Shown here in pieces: positions 1 through 8,193 of a DNA stretch of 41,656 nt. How positions within the stretch are numbered: position 1 is the stretch's first letter; each line of letters starts with the position of its first letter. The notes beneath the pieces are model-generated. The model was given only the letters and a program-made list of their open reading frames with translations. It did no database searches and was not told the origin of the DNA. A program made the position numbers and the translations under genes. Origin of the DNA: Minisyncoccia bacterium. Lineage in GTDB: Bacteria; Patescibacteriota; Minisyncoccia; Phycocordibacterales; UBA9973. The stretch lies in assembly GCA_965662335.1 (NCBI GenBank), contig CBFIGQ010000001.1, positions 1 through 41,656 of the forward strand. Reading direction: 5' to 3'.

Positions 1-420
1 GGAGAGGTCGAGAATTGGTTTCTCTCCTGGGTATGCTTGGATCGTGATTGGGTTTGCACTGGTACCTTGCTGATCGTGGATCAAGAGGTGTGTCCCAGCA
101 TTTGCAGGGTTAGAGGCGGTGGAGCGATAGGTGCCGCCACGGAGATAGACGACATCTCCTGGAGCGAGGATGACGGAGGAGAGTTTAGAAAGAGACCAAG
201 GGGCAGAAATAGTGCCCGAAGCATTCGCAGATCCAGAAGGAGAAACATAGTATGTTGAACCAACTGCCTGTACTGTGTCGTATGACGCAAGACTAGCTCC
301 AACAAAAATCAAAAAACCGAGAAACAATCCATAGTGAACGACCGTGTGATGCGGTGTTTGGTGCCACTTACGATACCAAGCTAGATGTTTTACTAAGTGA
401 TTATGAAATTGTTTCATCAT
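1..420 (-). CDS. Secreted/surface right-handed beta-helix (pectate lyase-like, DUF1565-type) protein, N-terminal 140 aa; runs off the window edge
   Basis: Not in the ORF track; my translation from ATG at 420: MMKQFHNHLVKHLAWYRKWHQTPHHTVVHYGLFLGFLIFVGASLAS...TYYVSPSGSANASGTISAPW...LAPGDVVYLRGGTY...GTSANPITIQAYPGEKPILD. YYVSPSG, PGDxVYLRGGTY and PITIxAYPGExP are hallmarks of the start of parallel beta-helix proteins. Confidence 0.85.
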   Translation of the reverse strand, partial: MMKQFHNHLVKHLAWYRKWHQTPHHTVVHYGLFLGFLIFVGASLASYDTVQAVGSTYYVSPSGSANASGTISAPWSLSKLSSVILAPGDVVYLRGGTYRSTASNPANAGTHLLIHDQQGTSANPITIQAYPGEKPILDLS

Positions 421-533
421 GATTTGATTGTTACTACTAAAAAAATATTACTACAATCATGAGTGTATCAAGGACATTTGTCCTTTACAATATCGGACAG
501 TGGAAAAATCCTAGAATACTCTAGAATTCATTG

Positions 534-604
534 TCGGGGTGCAGGGAATCGAACCCTGCCCTCATGTTCCCAAAACATGTATACTACCGATATACTACAC
601 CCCG
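534..604 (-). tRNA. tRNA-Pro(TGG), CCA not encoded
   Basis: Reverse complement CGGGGTGTAGTATATCGGTAGTATACATGTTTTGGGAACATGAGGGCAGGGTTCGATTCCCTGCACCCCGA folds as a cloverleaf; anticodon arm CATGT-TTTGGGA-ACATG. Confidence 0.95.
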
Positions 605-651
605 ATTGGTTGTACGACGCATCATATCAGATACGCTACAATAAATAAAGA

Positions 652-1011
652 CTATTCGATATCAAATAGCTCAATGCTCGGATTTCCATTGCCCAATAGC
701 ACGACAATTGCCTTCGCATAATAAGATCGTATGCCGTGTGTAAGCGCATAATACTCACATGCACCCACGAATTTGCGGAGCTTATCACGAGAGAGATTCT
801 CTGCCGGATTAATAAAACCGCCCTTCTTCCCTGCTTTAACCTCAAAAAAGTGTATAGTAGAATTTTTTTTCGCAATAATATCTATCTCACCCCGCCCGAG
901 ATGCACATTTCTATCGAGTACCTTATACCCGTTTTGTGTTAAATGCGAGGCCGCAATGTCTTCCCCTTCCTTTCCCAGCTGTTGTGTTTTAGATGAAAAG
1001 ACACGAATCAT
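652..1011 (-). CDS. yraN: YraN family (UPF0102) PD-(D/E)XK nuclease
   Basis: LGKEGEDIAASHL..GYKVLDRN...GEIDIIAKK...FFEVK motifs; start trimmed to MIRVFSS at 1011. Confidence 0.9.
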   Translation of the reverse strand: MIRVFSSKTQQLGKEGEDIAASHLTQNGYKVLDRNVHLGRGEIDIIAKKNSTIHFFEVKAGKKGGFINPAENLSRDKLRKFVGACEYYALTHGIRSYYAKAIVVLLGNGNPSIELFDIE

Positions 1012-1140
1012 AAGACAATTGTACGCCAAAAAGTCGTCTTTTATCCCATTTTCACACAGAGTTATCCACAGATTGCTTAAAAAATAACAGCTTTTTCCCC
1101 ATAAACGACGCATATTGTCTAACAGACCAACTGTCAGACA

Positions 1141-1172
1141 ACAAAAAAGACCGAGAATTCGGTCTTTTTTGT
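1141..1172. terminator. Bidirectional intrinsic terminator downstream of tRNA-Gly
   Basis: ACAAAAAAGACCGA-GAAT-TCGGTCTTTTTTGT perfect inverted repeat with A/T tracts on both sides. Confidence 0.85.
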
Positions 1173-1176
1173 CTTG

Positions 1177-1247
1177 TGCAATCATGGGGAATCGGACCCC
1201 AACCTACTCGTTGGCAACGAGTCGTTCTACCACTAAACTATGACTGC
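1177..1247 (-). tRNA. tRNA-Gly(GCC), CCA not encoded
   Basis: Reverse complement GCAGTCATAGTTTAGTGGTAGAACGACTCGTTGCCAACGAGTAGGTTGGGGTCCGATTCCCCATGATTGCA; anticodon loop TTGCCAA; T-loop variant TCCGATT. Confidence 0.9.
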
Positions 1248-1894
1248 ATCTTTAGAGCACTCTCTATCCACTTACAAAGCTTCTTTTTCAAGCCGGTATT
1301 CGAGATTATACTCACAGCCACCCCATATTGCAACTCATCCCCTGTTATTTTCCCTTTTAGTTGTTGGTTTTTATAGAACTGCGTGTCATCTACCTGTAAT
1401 GCATTTGCCCAGAACTCTTTGCTTTTTCCTAGATCAGCAGACTGCGGGAGCGCAAGAGTTATGCGTACATCTGCACGCTTAATGCCTAAATATCGCTCAC
1501 AAAATTCTAAAAACAGTACCTGAATCTCCGATTTCCCTGAAGAAAGACGAATATAATGCTTACTTTTCATATCACCATGCCCCTCATACAGCAGTATCCC
1601 CTTCCAAAATTCGATTTCTTTGCTATATACATCGTACTGAGCTTGGGCTTCAGACTCTAAAAGTGCGTATGCATATTGGAGCTTCAAGCGACGCACGAGG
1701 TTTAGGTGTTTCATACAATCTGCAGCTTGCTTTCTATATTCCTCGGTATGTATAGCTCTAAGCCTAGATGAGAGCGTATCCGCACCGAGCCATCTTGAAA
1801 GTGTTGCACGTGAAACCCCTGTATCCCGTGCTATTTCTCGATATGTCCTTCCCTCCCGCCGTAACGCAAGTATCCTTTCTTTGTCCTTTCTCAT
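1238..1894 (-). CDS. N-terminal HTH plus degenerate LAGLIDADG-like domain protein next to tRNA
   Basis: ILALRREGRTYREIARDTGVSRATLSRWL is an HTH; the C-half ILLYEGHGDMK..IRLSS...LFLEF...FWANAL..QFYK...YGVA...KLCKWI resembles the CPR LYWxEGxK family; stop codon lies inside tRNA-Gly. Confidence 0.7.
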   Translation of the reverse strand: MRKDKERILALRREGRTYREIARDTGVSRATLSRWLGADTLSSRLRAIHTEEYRKQAADCMKHLNLVRRLKLQYAYALLESEAQAQYDVYSKEIEFWKGILLYEGHGDMKSKHYIRLSSGKSEIQVLFLEFCERYLGIKRADVRITLALPQSADLGKSKEFWANALQVDDTQFYKNQQLKGKITGDELQYGVAVSIISNTGLKKKLCKWIESALKMQS

Positions 1895-1959
1895 TATATA
1901 CAAGTATACCACATCGGTTTCTTTTGCAATAAAATAAGAGAATGCTATAGTTTAGCTAC

Positions 1960-2034
1960 GCACCTATGGTGAAATGGATATCACAGCGGTCTTCGGAACC
2001 GTTATTCTGGGTTCGAATCCTGGTAGGTGCACCA
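1960..2034 (+). tRNA. tRNA-Arg(TCG), with encoded CCA
   Basis: GCACCTA acceptor pairs with TAGGTGC, followed by ACCA; anticodon arm GCGGT-CTTCGGA-ACCGT; T-loop TTCGAAT; upstream TTGCAA-16-TATAGT promoter. Confidence 0.95.
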
Positions 2035-2044
2035 CAACAAATCT

Positions 2045-3553
2045 ATGGAAAAACTCAATACCAACTACGTACCGGAATTTGTTTCACATGTAACAGATCG
2101 GCTCCAAAAGGCAGGGTATGAAGCATACCTTGTGGGAGGATGTGTGCGAGACCTAGTTTTGGGTACAACACCAAAAGATTGGGACCTCACCACCAATGCA
2201 ACACCTGACCAGATACAAGCTACATTTCCAGAACTCAAGACAGTACATGAAAATGCCTTTGGCACAGTAACAGTGCTCAATATGCCACCGGAAGCTACTG
2301 AAGGTGCTTCACGTGAAACTCCTGATTCCAATAACATAGCTCAAATCACGACCTATCGCAGCGAAGGCGGTTACACAGACAGTCGTCACCCAGACCGTGT
2401 TTCATATGAAACAGATATTAGGAAGGATCTCGAGCGCCGAGACTTTACCATGAATGCCATAGCGTGGGATCCTATAAAAGACAGTATTATCGATATATTT
2501 GACGGTATAAAAGACATAAAGGACAAAATAATACGGTGTGTCCTTGATCCGAATACACGTTTCCAAGAAGACGCGCTTCGTATGCTCAGAGCTGTACGTT
2601 TTTCCACAACACTCTCGTTTGGTGTTTCATATGAAACACTGGAGGCTATTGGGGTTCACCATGGGCTCATACGAAATGTATCGGGCGAGCGTATTCGCGA
2701 TGAATTTCTTAAAATTATTGAGTCCGAAGCGCCAGCCTCAGGAGTTGACCTCCTTCACAAGACTGGTCTCCTCAGTCATATCATTCCAGAACTTCTCGAG
2801 GGTGTAGGATGCGAGCAGAAGGGAGCGCATATATATGACGTCTACCAACACCTTCTCCACGCCCTCCAGCATGCAGCAGACAAGGGCTTTCCTTTAGTAG
2901 TGCGCCTTGCGGCGCTATTTCATGATGTTGGCAAGCCCGCGACCCGTAGGTACGACCGCTCAAAGGATAAATACACTTTTTTTGGGCATGAGGTAGTAGG
3001 AGCTCGCATGACGCAAAAGATCCTTGAGAGGCTTCGTTTTGACCGTGAAACCGTTACACGTGTAACATCGCTTGTGCGAAACCACATGTTTTTCTCAGAT
3101 ACTGAGCAGATCACACTCTCAGCAGTACGACGCATTATCCAAAAGGTTGGAGCCGAGCACATCTGGGCGCTCATGGAGGTGCGAGAGTGTGACCGGGTAG
3201 GGATGAAAAAGGCCGAAGCTCCGTATCGCCTTCGCAAGTACCACGCTATGATCGAGGAGGCGCTCAGGGACCCTATCTCGGTAGGACAGCTCAAGATAGA
3301 CGGTGCCTACATGATAGAGGTGTTACACATGAAACCGGGACCCCGCATGGGCTGGATCCTCCATGCACTCCTTGAGGAAGTCCTCGAAGACCCGAGCCTC
3401 AACACCGTCGAGAAACTCTCAGAACGAGTCAAAGACCTCCAAGAACTCACCGATGCCGACCTGAAAAAGCTTGGCGAGAAGGGCAAGGAGAAAAAGGAAA
3501 TTACGGAACAAGAGGAAGTAAAGAAGCTCCGAAACAAGCACAACGTTAAGTAA
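2045..3553 (+). CDS. cca: CCA tRNA nucleotidyltransferase (class II) with HD domain
   Basis: YLVGGCVRD, DWDLTT, DLERRDFTMNA, RFQEDALRMLRAVRF, ERIRDE, LFHDVGKP, GHEVVGA. Confidence 0.95.
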   Translation: MEKLNTNYVPEFVSHVTDRLQKAGYEAYLVGGCVRDLVLGTTPKDWDLTTNATPDQIQATFPELKTVHENAFGTVTVLNMPPEATEGASRETPDSNNIAQITTYRSEGGYTDSRHPDRVSYETDIRKDLERRDFTMNAIAWDPIKDSIIDIFDGIKDIKDKIIRCVLDPNTRFQEDALRMLRAVRFSTTLSFGVSYETLEAIGVHHGLIRNVSGERIRDEFLKIIESEAPASGVDLLHKTGLLSHIIPELLEGVGCEQKGAHIYDVYQHLLHALQHAADKGFPLVVRLAALFHDVGKPATRRYDRSKDKYTFFGHEVVGARMTQKILERLRFDRETVTRVTSLVRNHMFFSDTEQITLSAVRRIIQKVGAEHIWALMEVRECDRVGMKKAEAPYRLRKYHAMIEEALRDPISVGQLKIDGAYMIEVLHMKPGPRMGWILHALLEEVLEDPSLNTVEKLSERVKDLQELTDADLKKLGEKGKEKKEITEQEEVKKLRNKHNVK

Positions 3554-3560
3554 TGAAGAG

Positions 3561-3610
3561 ATACTTAACTTAAGTTAAGTATTGATTTATTACTTAACAT
3601 AAGTTATACT
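3561..3610 (+). promoter_or_regulatory. sigma70 promoter with overlapping palindromic operator
   Basis: Perfect 22-bp palindrome ATACTTAACTTAAGTTAAGTAT (3561-3582); TTGATT (3582-87), 17 bp, TATACT (3605-10); second imperfect copy TACTTAACATAAGTTATAC in the spacer. Confidence 0.8.
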
Positions 3611-3616
3611 TATTCT

Positions 3617-3889
3617 ATGGAAAATAAGGACAAAAAAATGTTCTTTTCGACACCTGAAGTTGCAAAACTACTCAAAATATCACGAGTAGCAGTTTTTCAA
3701 AAGATTAAAAATGGTGTAGTAAAAGCTGAAAAAGTCGGCAGAAATTACCTTATTCCAAGAGAAGAGATTGAACAGTATCTTGATGGAAGTAAAAAACTCA
3801 CAGAAGAAGAGAAGGTTGAGGTAAAAAGGGCTGTTGAAAGAGCTATTAAGGAATATGGACAGGCTATACGAATGCTTGGGCGGGAATAG
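3617..3889 (+). CDS. Excisionase-like HTH_17 DNA-binding protein, putative antitoxin
   Basis: FFSTPEVAKLLKISRVAVFQKIKNGVVKAEKVGRNYLIP; C-terminal helix EYGQAIRMLG; abuts the Doc gene. Confidence 0.8.
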   Translation: MENKDKKMFFSTPEVAKLLKISRVAVFQKIKNGVVKAEKVGRNYLIPREEIEQYLDGSKKLTEEEKVEVKRAVERAIKEYGQAIRMLGRE

Positions 3890-4314
3890 TGTTTATGCGC
3901 ATCGAACCTTTAACAATTGAGGAAGTAAAACTCGTGGCACATGACCTTGCTCAAGCACACATGGAATGGGGTGAACCAATCCCTGATTTTTCAACACGCT
4001 ATCCTGATATCCTGGAGCGGTGTATTGCGGCACCACATCAGACATTTGGAGGTCAACTCTATAAAGGACTAATCAAAAAAGCTTCTATTTTATTCTATCT
4101 TTTGATCAAAAATCATCCTTTTCAAAACGGAAACAAGCGTATTGCAGTAACTACACTTCTTTACTTCCTCTACAAAAATAATGCATGGCTACAGATTGAT
4201 AACCAGCGTCTTTACAATTTTGCTCGATGGGTAGCTGAAAGCGATGCCACTCTCAAAGAAGCAACAGTGACAGCGATTCAAAAACTACTTGAAGACAACG
4301 TGGTGAAGAAATAA
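3889..4314 (+). CDS. doc: Fic/Doc family toxin (Doc-type)
   Basis: KASILFYLLIKNHPFQNGNKRIA carries the Doc-type HxFxxGNKR motif. Confidence 0.9.
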   Translation: MFMRIEPLTIEEVKLVAHDLAQAHMEWGEPIPDFSTRYPDILERCIAAPHQTFGGQLYKGLIKKASILFYLLIKNHPFQNGNKRIAVTTLLYFLYKNNAWLQIDNQRLYNFARWVAESDATLKEATVTAIQKLLEDNVVKK

Positions 4315-4323
4315 AAAAACCGC

Positions 4324-4776
4324 TCAGTTGAGCGGTGGAAAATCTTTCTGTATTGCGCTGCTTATGAAGTGCGAGATCGAAAGGTTATCTCTACGTATCC
4401 GTAATGTCGTTGATGACTTTCTTAATTCTTCTTCCGCCTTCTTTGCTTTGCGTATAGATCGCACTAACTCATATTCATAGATAGAAATGCGGTACATAAG
4501 CGCATTGAAGCTCTGATAGTTGACTGACGGCTTTTCAAAGATTCGGCGACATATATATGCATGGTTTGATTGAGTTATTAAGCCAGACTGTATACATTTC
4601 AAATCTTTAACCGTCATACCTTCAGATCGCTTAAATGTATTCCAATATAAGGACGTGTTATTGACTAGTACAACATATACATATGTAGCCAGAAGATCTA
4701 TGTGAGAGAATGACGGAAGTACAGAAATAAAGCTTCGTGCAACTCTATGCAAGCGCAGGTGTTGAGGATTGTTCAT
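4324..4776 (-). CDS. Hypothetical protein
   Basis: 150-aa ORF ending at hairpin ACCGCTCA/TGAGCGGT with a T-tract on the minus strand; no motif recognised. Confidence 0.5.
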   Translation of the reverse strand: MNNPQHLRLHRVARSFISVLPSFSHIDLLATYVYVVLVNNTSLYWNTFKRSEGMTVKDLKCIQSGLITQSNHAYICRRIFEKPSVNYQSFNALMYRISIYEYELVRSIRKAKKAEEELRKSSTTLRIRRDNLSISHFISSAIQKDFPPLN

Positions 4777-5052
4777 ACTGTGCTGTTTTCAGTACTCTAC
4801 TCCATTTCCTTTACAAAATAAAGAGGGTTTGGTAAAAATAAGAAAACCCCATTTAAATAAGATCTTATGGCGAAAAAGGACAAACGCACCAAAGTGCCCG
4901 TAACTGCACACGCAGGACTTCATGTACAGTATATCGACAAGAAGCTTCGTTCCGGATTTCAAAACCAGCATCAGCCCCGTATTAAAAAGCACTGTCGAAA
5001 ACGTGCTTAAAAAAGTAAGAAACAAAAATGCCCCGCTATAAGCGGGGCTTCG

Positions 5053-5325
5053 TTAGTTCAGTATTTCTTCTGGGATGTGTAGCGGTACATCAATGTGTAC
5101 GCCCGGTGGTATTGGCAGCGATTGCTTTACTTTTTTTGTTGCTGCAAATTTTAGCAATTGGTATCCGAAAGAGGGAACACAACAAATTAAAGAGACTATC
5201 CCTACTCCCCGTATCTCCTTTAGGTATGGAAACTCGGGGGTAGGAGCATTTACGATATAAAGACTAAGGCAAGATACCGCCACAACAAGGGCAATCAGCC
5301 GAAATAGACTTAAAAATGTTTGCAT
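5053..5325 (-). CDS. Small membrane protein, two TM helices
   Basis: Two hydrophobic segments; followed by the GCCCCGCT/AGCGGGGC hairpin at ~5030-5048. Confidence 0.55.
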   Translation of the reverse strand: MQTFLSLFRLIALVVAVSCLSLYIVNAPTPEFPYLKEIRGVGIVSLICCVPSFGYQLLKFAATKKVKQSLPIPPGVHIDVPLHIPEEILN

Positions 5326-5370
5326 ACAGGAGTTTTCCCTCACATTACCACACTAGCGGTATTTGTACAG

Positions 5371-6141
5371 CTATAGGTCTATTTTGAGGAGGACAGGGCA
5401 GTGGTCGCTGCCGTAGTACTCAGTGAGAGTTTTGAAGTCTTTCACTTTTTTAATGAGACTTGGTGAGACAAAGAAATAATCAATTCTCCAGCCCACATTG
5501 CGCTCGCGTGCATGGGAGTATTGGTCCCAGTAGGTATAGACGTCTCGTGCATCAGGATGCAGGTGCCGAAACACATCCACCCATCCTTTCTGTACGACTT
5601 TGTCCATCCATGCTCGCTCGACGGGGAGGAAGCCGACATGGGCTGCATTTTCTTTGGGGCGGGCGAGGTCTATCTCGGTGTGGGCGACATTCGCATCTCC
5701 GCACCAGATGACTGGCTTTTTCTTTTCGAGCTTAGTTATGTATTTCAAAAATTGTTCGTAAAAGGCGAGCTTGTACTCGAGGCGCTCGGGCGCTCCGCCG
5801 CCATTGGGAAAATAACAATTGATGAAATAAAATTTTTCGTATTCGCAGGTGATAGTGCGGCCTTCGTCATCAAGCCCGGGGAGTCCAATGCCATACGTTA
5901 CCTTGATCGGCTTTACTTTCGTATAGACACCAACACCGCTGTAGCCTTTTTTAACAGTAGGGGATGCAAAGTAACTCTCATACCCAAAGACATCGCGTAC
6001 CTCGATAGGGAGCTGGTCAGGAGTTGCCTTGGTCTCCTGCAGGCACAGTATGTCTGGATCAAAGTCTCGAAACAGCGGATCAAAATAGCCCTGCTTGGCA
6101 GTTGCACGCAGACCATTAGTGTTCCAGGAGATAAGTTTCAT
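5371..6141 (-). CDS. xth: Exodeoxyribonuclease III / AP endonuclease
   Basis: MKLISWNTNGLRA, LCLQETK, GYSGV, YFPNG, CGDANVAH, GWRIDYF, GSDHCPV. Confidence 0.97.
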   Translation of the reverse strand: MKLISWNTNGLRATAKQGYFDPLFRDFDPDILCLQETKATPDQLPIEVRDVFGYESYFASPTVKKGYSGVGVYTKVKPIKVTYGIGLPGLDDEGRTITCEYEKFYFINCYFPNGGGAPERLEYKLAFYEQFLKYITKLEKKKPVIWCGDANVAHTEIDLARPKENAAHVGFLPVERAWMDKVVQKGWVDVFRHLHPDARDVYTYWDQYSHARERNVGWRIDYFFVSPSLIKKVKDFKTLTEYYGSDHCPVLLKIDL

Positions 6142-6180
6142 TACCAGAGTATAACAAAACCCCTCCGAAGAGGGGGAGAA

Positions 6181-6513
6181 TTACAACAGATCTGAAATCG
6201 CTCGTTCCACAGATCCGAGACTTGGATCAGTTTCAATCAAGCACGTGAGCGACGTTGCTGCTGGTTTTACGGTATGTGGGTACTTTTTATATAAAGCAAT
6301 CATTTTTGCCTTCACAGACATTTTAATCACTTTAACCGTCCTCTCATTCATACCGTTCGCGAGCAGTGTGTCTGCGGTTGAATACAAAGAGACAAGATTC
6401 ATTGCCTCATACGCACCTGCATCATTTATCTTTTGAAAAAAATCCTGCAGTTTATTGATCAGTGCATCTGGGTCAGGCGTATTAACCGCCTCTAAAAACT
6501 TAGTAATTTGCAT
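6181..6513 (-). CDS. Hypothetical helical protein
   Basis: 110-aa ATG ORF with AT-rich upstream region; no motif recognised. Confidence 0.55.
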   Translation of the reverse strand: MQITKFLEAVNTPDPDALINKLQDFFQKINDAGAYEAMNLVSLYSTADTLLANGMNERTVKVIKMSVKAKMIALYKKYPHTVKPAATSLTCLIETDPSLGSVERAISDLL

Positions 6514-6793
6514 ACATATTTAATTTAAAAGAATACAAAATTGTTTATGTTTTTATTATATCATTTAAATGATAAAAAGTCAAGTATTTCACGCAAAAAG
6601 AAAAAGCCTTCAAAATGAAGACTTTTTATTATAGATAGGGATACCACAAGATTTTGACGAAAGAACGGGTGCATGATGCACAGTTGATGCACAGGGCATG
6701 GGCACAGCAGTGATGCCGTTTTGAAAAACAATATGGATTTATTAATGGACCGTTGTGTATATGATAGCCCCTGCATAAAAAGTATGCAAGAGG

Positions 6794-7702
6794 TTACTGT
6801 GATTTGCTGTGGAATTTCTTGTGTACTTCGCGGAGCTGCTTGTCGGTGATGTGGGTATAGACCTGAGTTGTGGCGATATTGGCATGGCCGAGCATCATTT
6901 GTACGGAACGGATGTCGGCACCATTACTGAGCAAGTTGGTCGCGAAGGAGTGCCGCAGTACGTGCGGGGTGACTTTCTTTGAGATGCCGGCCTTTATAGA
7001 GTACTCGCGGACGATGCGCTCAATAGAGCGGGGGGTGAGCCTTGAAGCCTCCTTGTTTTTGGCAATATTTACAAACATGGCTTCTTCCATATCCTTGCGA
7101 GCCTTCAGGTATGCTTTGATTGCAGTTCTCGCATCATCAGAAATGAATACAACACGAACCTTTTCACCCTTTCCGCGGATAGAAAACTCGTCTCGCGAAA
7201 GGTCGAGGTCACAGTTTAGCGAGCACAGCTCGGCAAGACGAAGCCCTGTCGAGAAAAAGAGTTCAAGGAGCGCCTTGTCGCGAAGTCCTTTGAGGGTTGA
7301 GAGGTCGGGAGACTTGAGGAGTCTATTGAGCTCATCAATAGAGATGAGATCGAGGTGGCGAGCGCCCACTTTTGCAAGCTCGATAATATCTGGTGCGACC
7401 GCATCAATGTTGCGTTTGCGGCAATACTTAAGGAATGACCGGAGTGCAATCATGTAGTAGTTTTGGGTATTCTTTTTCATGGTTGCCGCAGACTGCCCAC
7501 GGACTTTTACTCCAGGTGCGCGGTTGAGCCGGAGGCGAAACTCACGGAGGGTGTCTTCACTAATATCCTTCACCTTTTTGATCTGCATATCCTCGGCAAA
7601 ACGGGTGAGGTAATGGTCGTAGTTTTCAACGGTCTTGAGGGATCGACCTTTTTCTATCTCGATGTACTCGAGGAACTGACGCTTTGCGGTAGCAAACTCC
7701 AT
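6794..7702 (-). CDS. XerC/XerD-family tyrosine recombinase
   Basis: N-terminal SAM-like domain (FLEYIEIEKGRSLKTVENY); RDKALLELFFSTGLRLAEL, GKGEKVR, TPHVLRHSFATNLL, VQMMLGHANIATTQVYTH. Confidence 0.95.
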   Translation of the reverse strand: MEFATAKRQFLEYIEIEKGRSLKTVENYDHYLTRFAEDMQIKKVKDISEDTLREFRLRLNRAPGVKVRGQSAATMKKNTQNYYMIALRSFLKYCRKRNIDAVAPDIIELAKVGARHLDLISIDELNRLLKSPDLSTLKGLRDKALLELFFSTGLRLAELCSLNCDLDLSRDEFSIRGKGEKVRVVFISDDARTAIKAYLKARKDMEEAMFVNIAKNKEASRLTPRSIERIVREYSIKAGISKKVTPHVLRHSFATNLLSNGADIRSVQMMLGHANIATTQVYTHITDKQLREVHKKFHSKSQ

Positions 7703-7759
7703 ATATAGAGTATAGCGTGAAATATTGTGCGACATAAGAAAGTAGTTTTTATTCGGCTC

Positions 7760-7825
7760 GAAGATGACATATTTTTTCCGAAAACTCGCTTCGCTCAAAC
7801 AGTTCTCCAAAAATATGTCACCTTC
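7760..7825 (-). repeat. Long inverted repeat enclosing a GCGAAGC mini-hairpin (REP-like element)
   Basis: Minus strand GAAGGTGACATATTTTT...CTGTTTGAGCGAAGCGAGTT...AAAAATATGTCATCTTC; 17-bp arms with one G-T pair. Confidence 0.6.
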
Positions 7826-7883
7826 TCACCTCATAGGACTGGTCCTTGCTTTTTATAGATGGGTGTGGTATGATGTCTCTACT

Positions 7884-8141
7884 ATGTTATCAACGAAGAA
7901 AAAGCAGACAATCATCAAAAAGCACCAGGTTCACAAGTCTGACACTGGTTCTAAGAAGGTGCAGGTAGCTATGCTCACCGAAAAGATTGACCTTCTCGCA
8001 ACTCACCTCAAGAAACACAAGAAGGACAACCACTCTCGACGCGGACTTATCAAAATGGTAGCTGACCGACGTGGGCACCTCAAGGTTCTCGAGAAAACAA
8101 ATCCATCTCAGCACAAAGAAGCGCTCAAACTTATCAAATAA
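7884..8141 (+). CDS. rpsO: 30S ribosomal protein S15
   Basis: DTGS..VQVAMLT.KI..L..HLKKHKKDNHSRRGLIKMV. Confidence 0.97.
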   Translation: MLSTKKKQTIIKKHQVHKSDTGSKKVQVAMLTEKIDLLATHLKKHKKDNHSRRGLIKMVADRRGHLKVLEKTNPSQHKEALKLIK

Positions 8142-8168
8142 CACAGGCCCCGCTCGGGGCTTTTGTGT
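8141..8168 (+). terminator. Intrinsic terminator after rpsO
   Basis: GGCCCCG-CT-CGGGGCTTTT hairpin with T-tract. Confidence 0.75.
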
Positions 8169-8193
8169 ATCTATACGGTATACTTATTTTTAT

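Noticed and set aside
4789-5025. 78-aa minus-strand ORF
   Set aside because: Starts at a terminator, has no motif and overlaps the likely promoter region of 4324-4776
5512-7457. Long antisense ORFs (5512-6195, 6870-7457; also 15734-16366 and 35379-35996)
   Set aside because: Shadows of well-supported genes on the opposite strand
7722-7756. Canonical dif site
   Set aside because: ATAA and TTAT are 11 bp apart rather than 6, and the site is near oriC rather than the terminus
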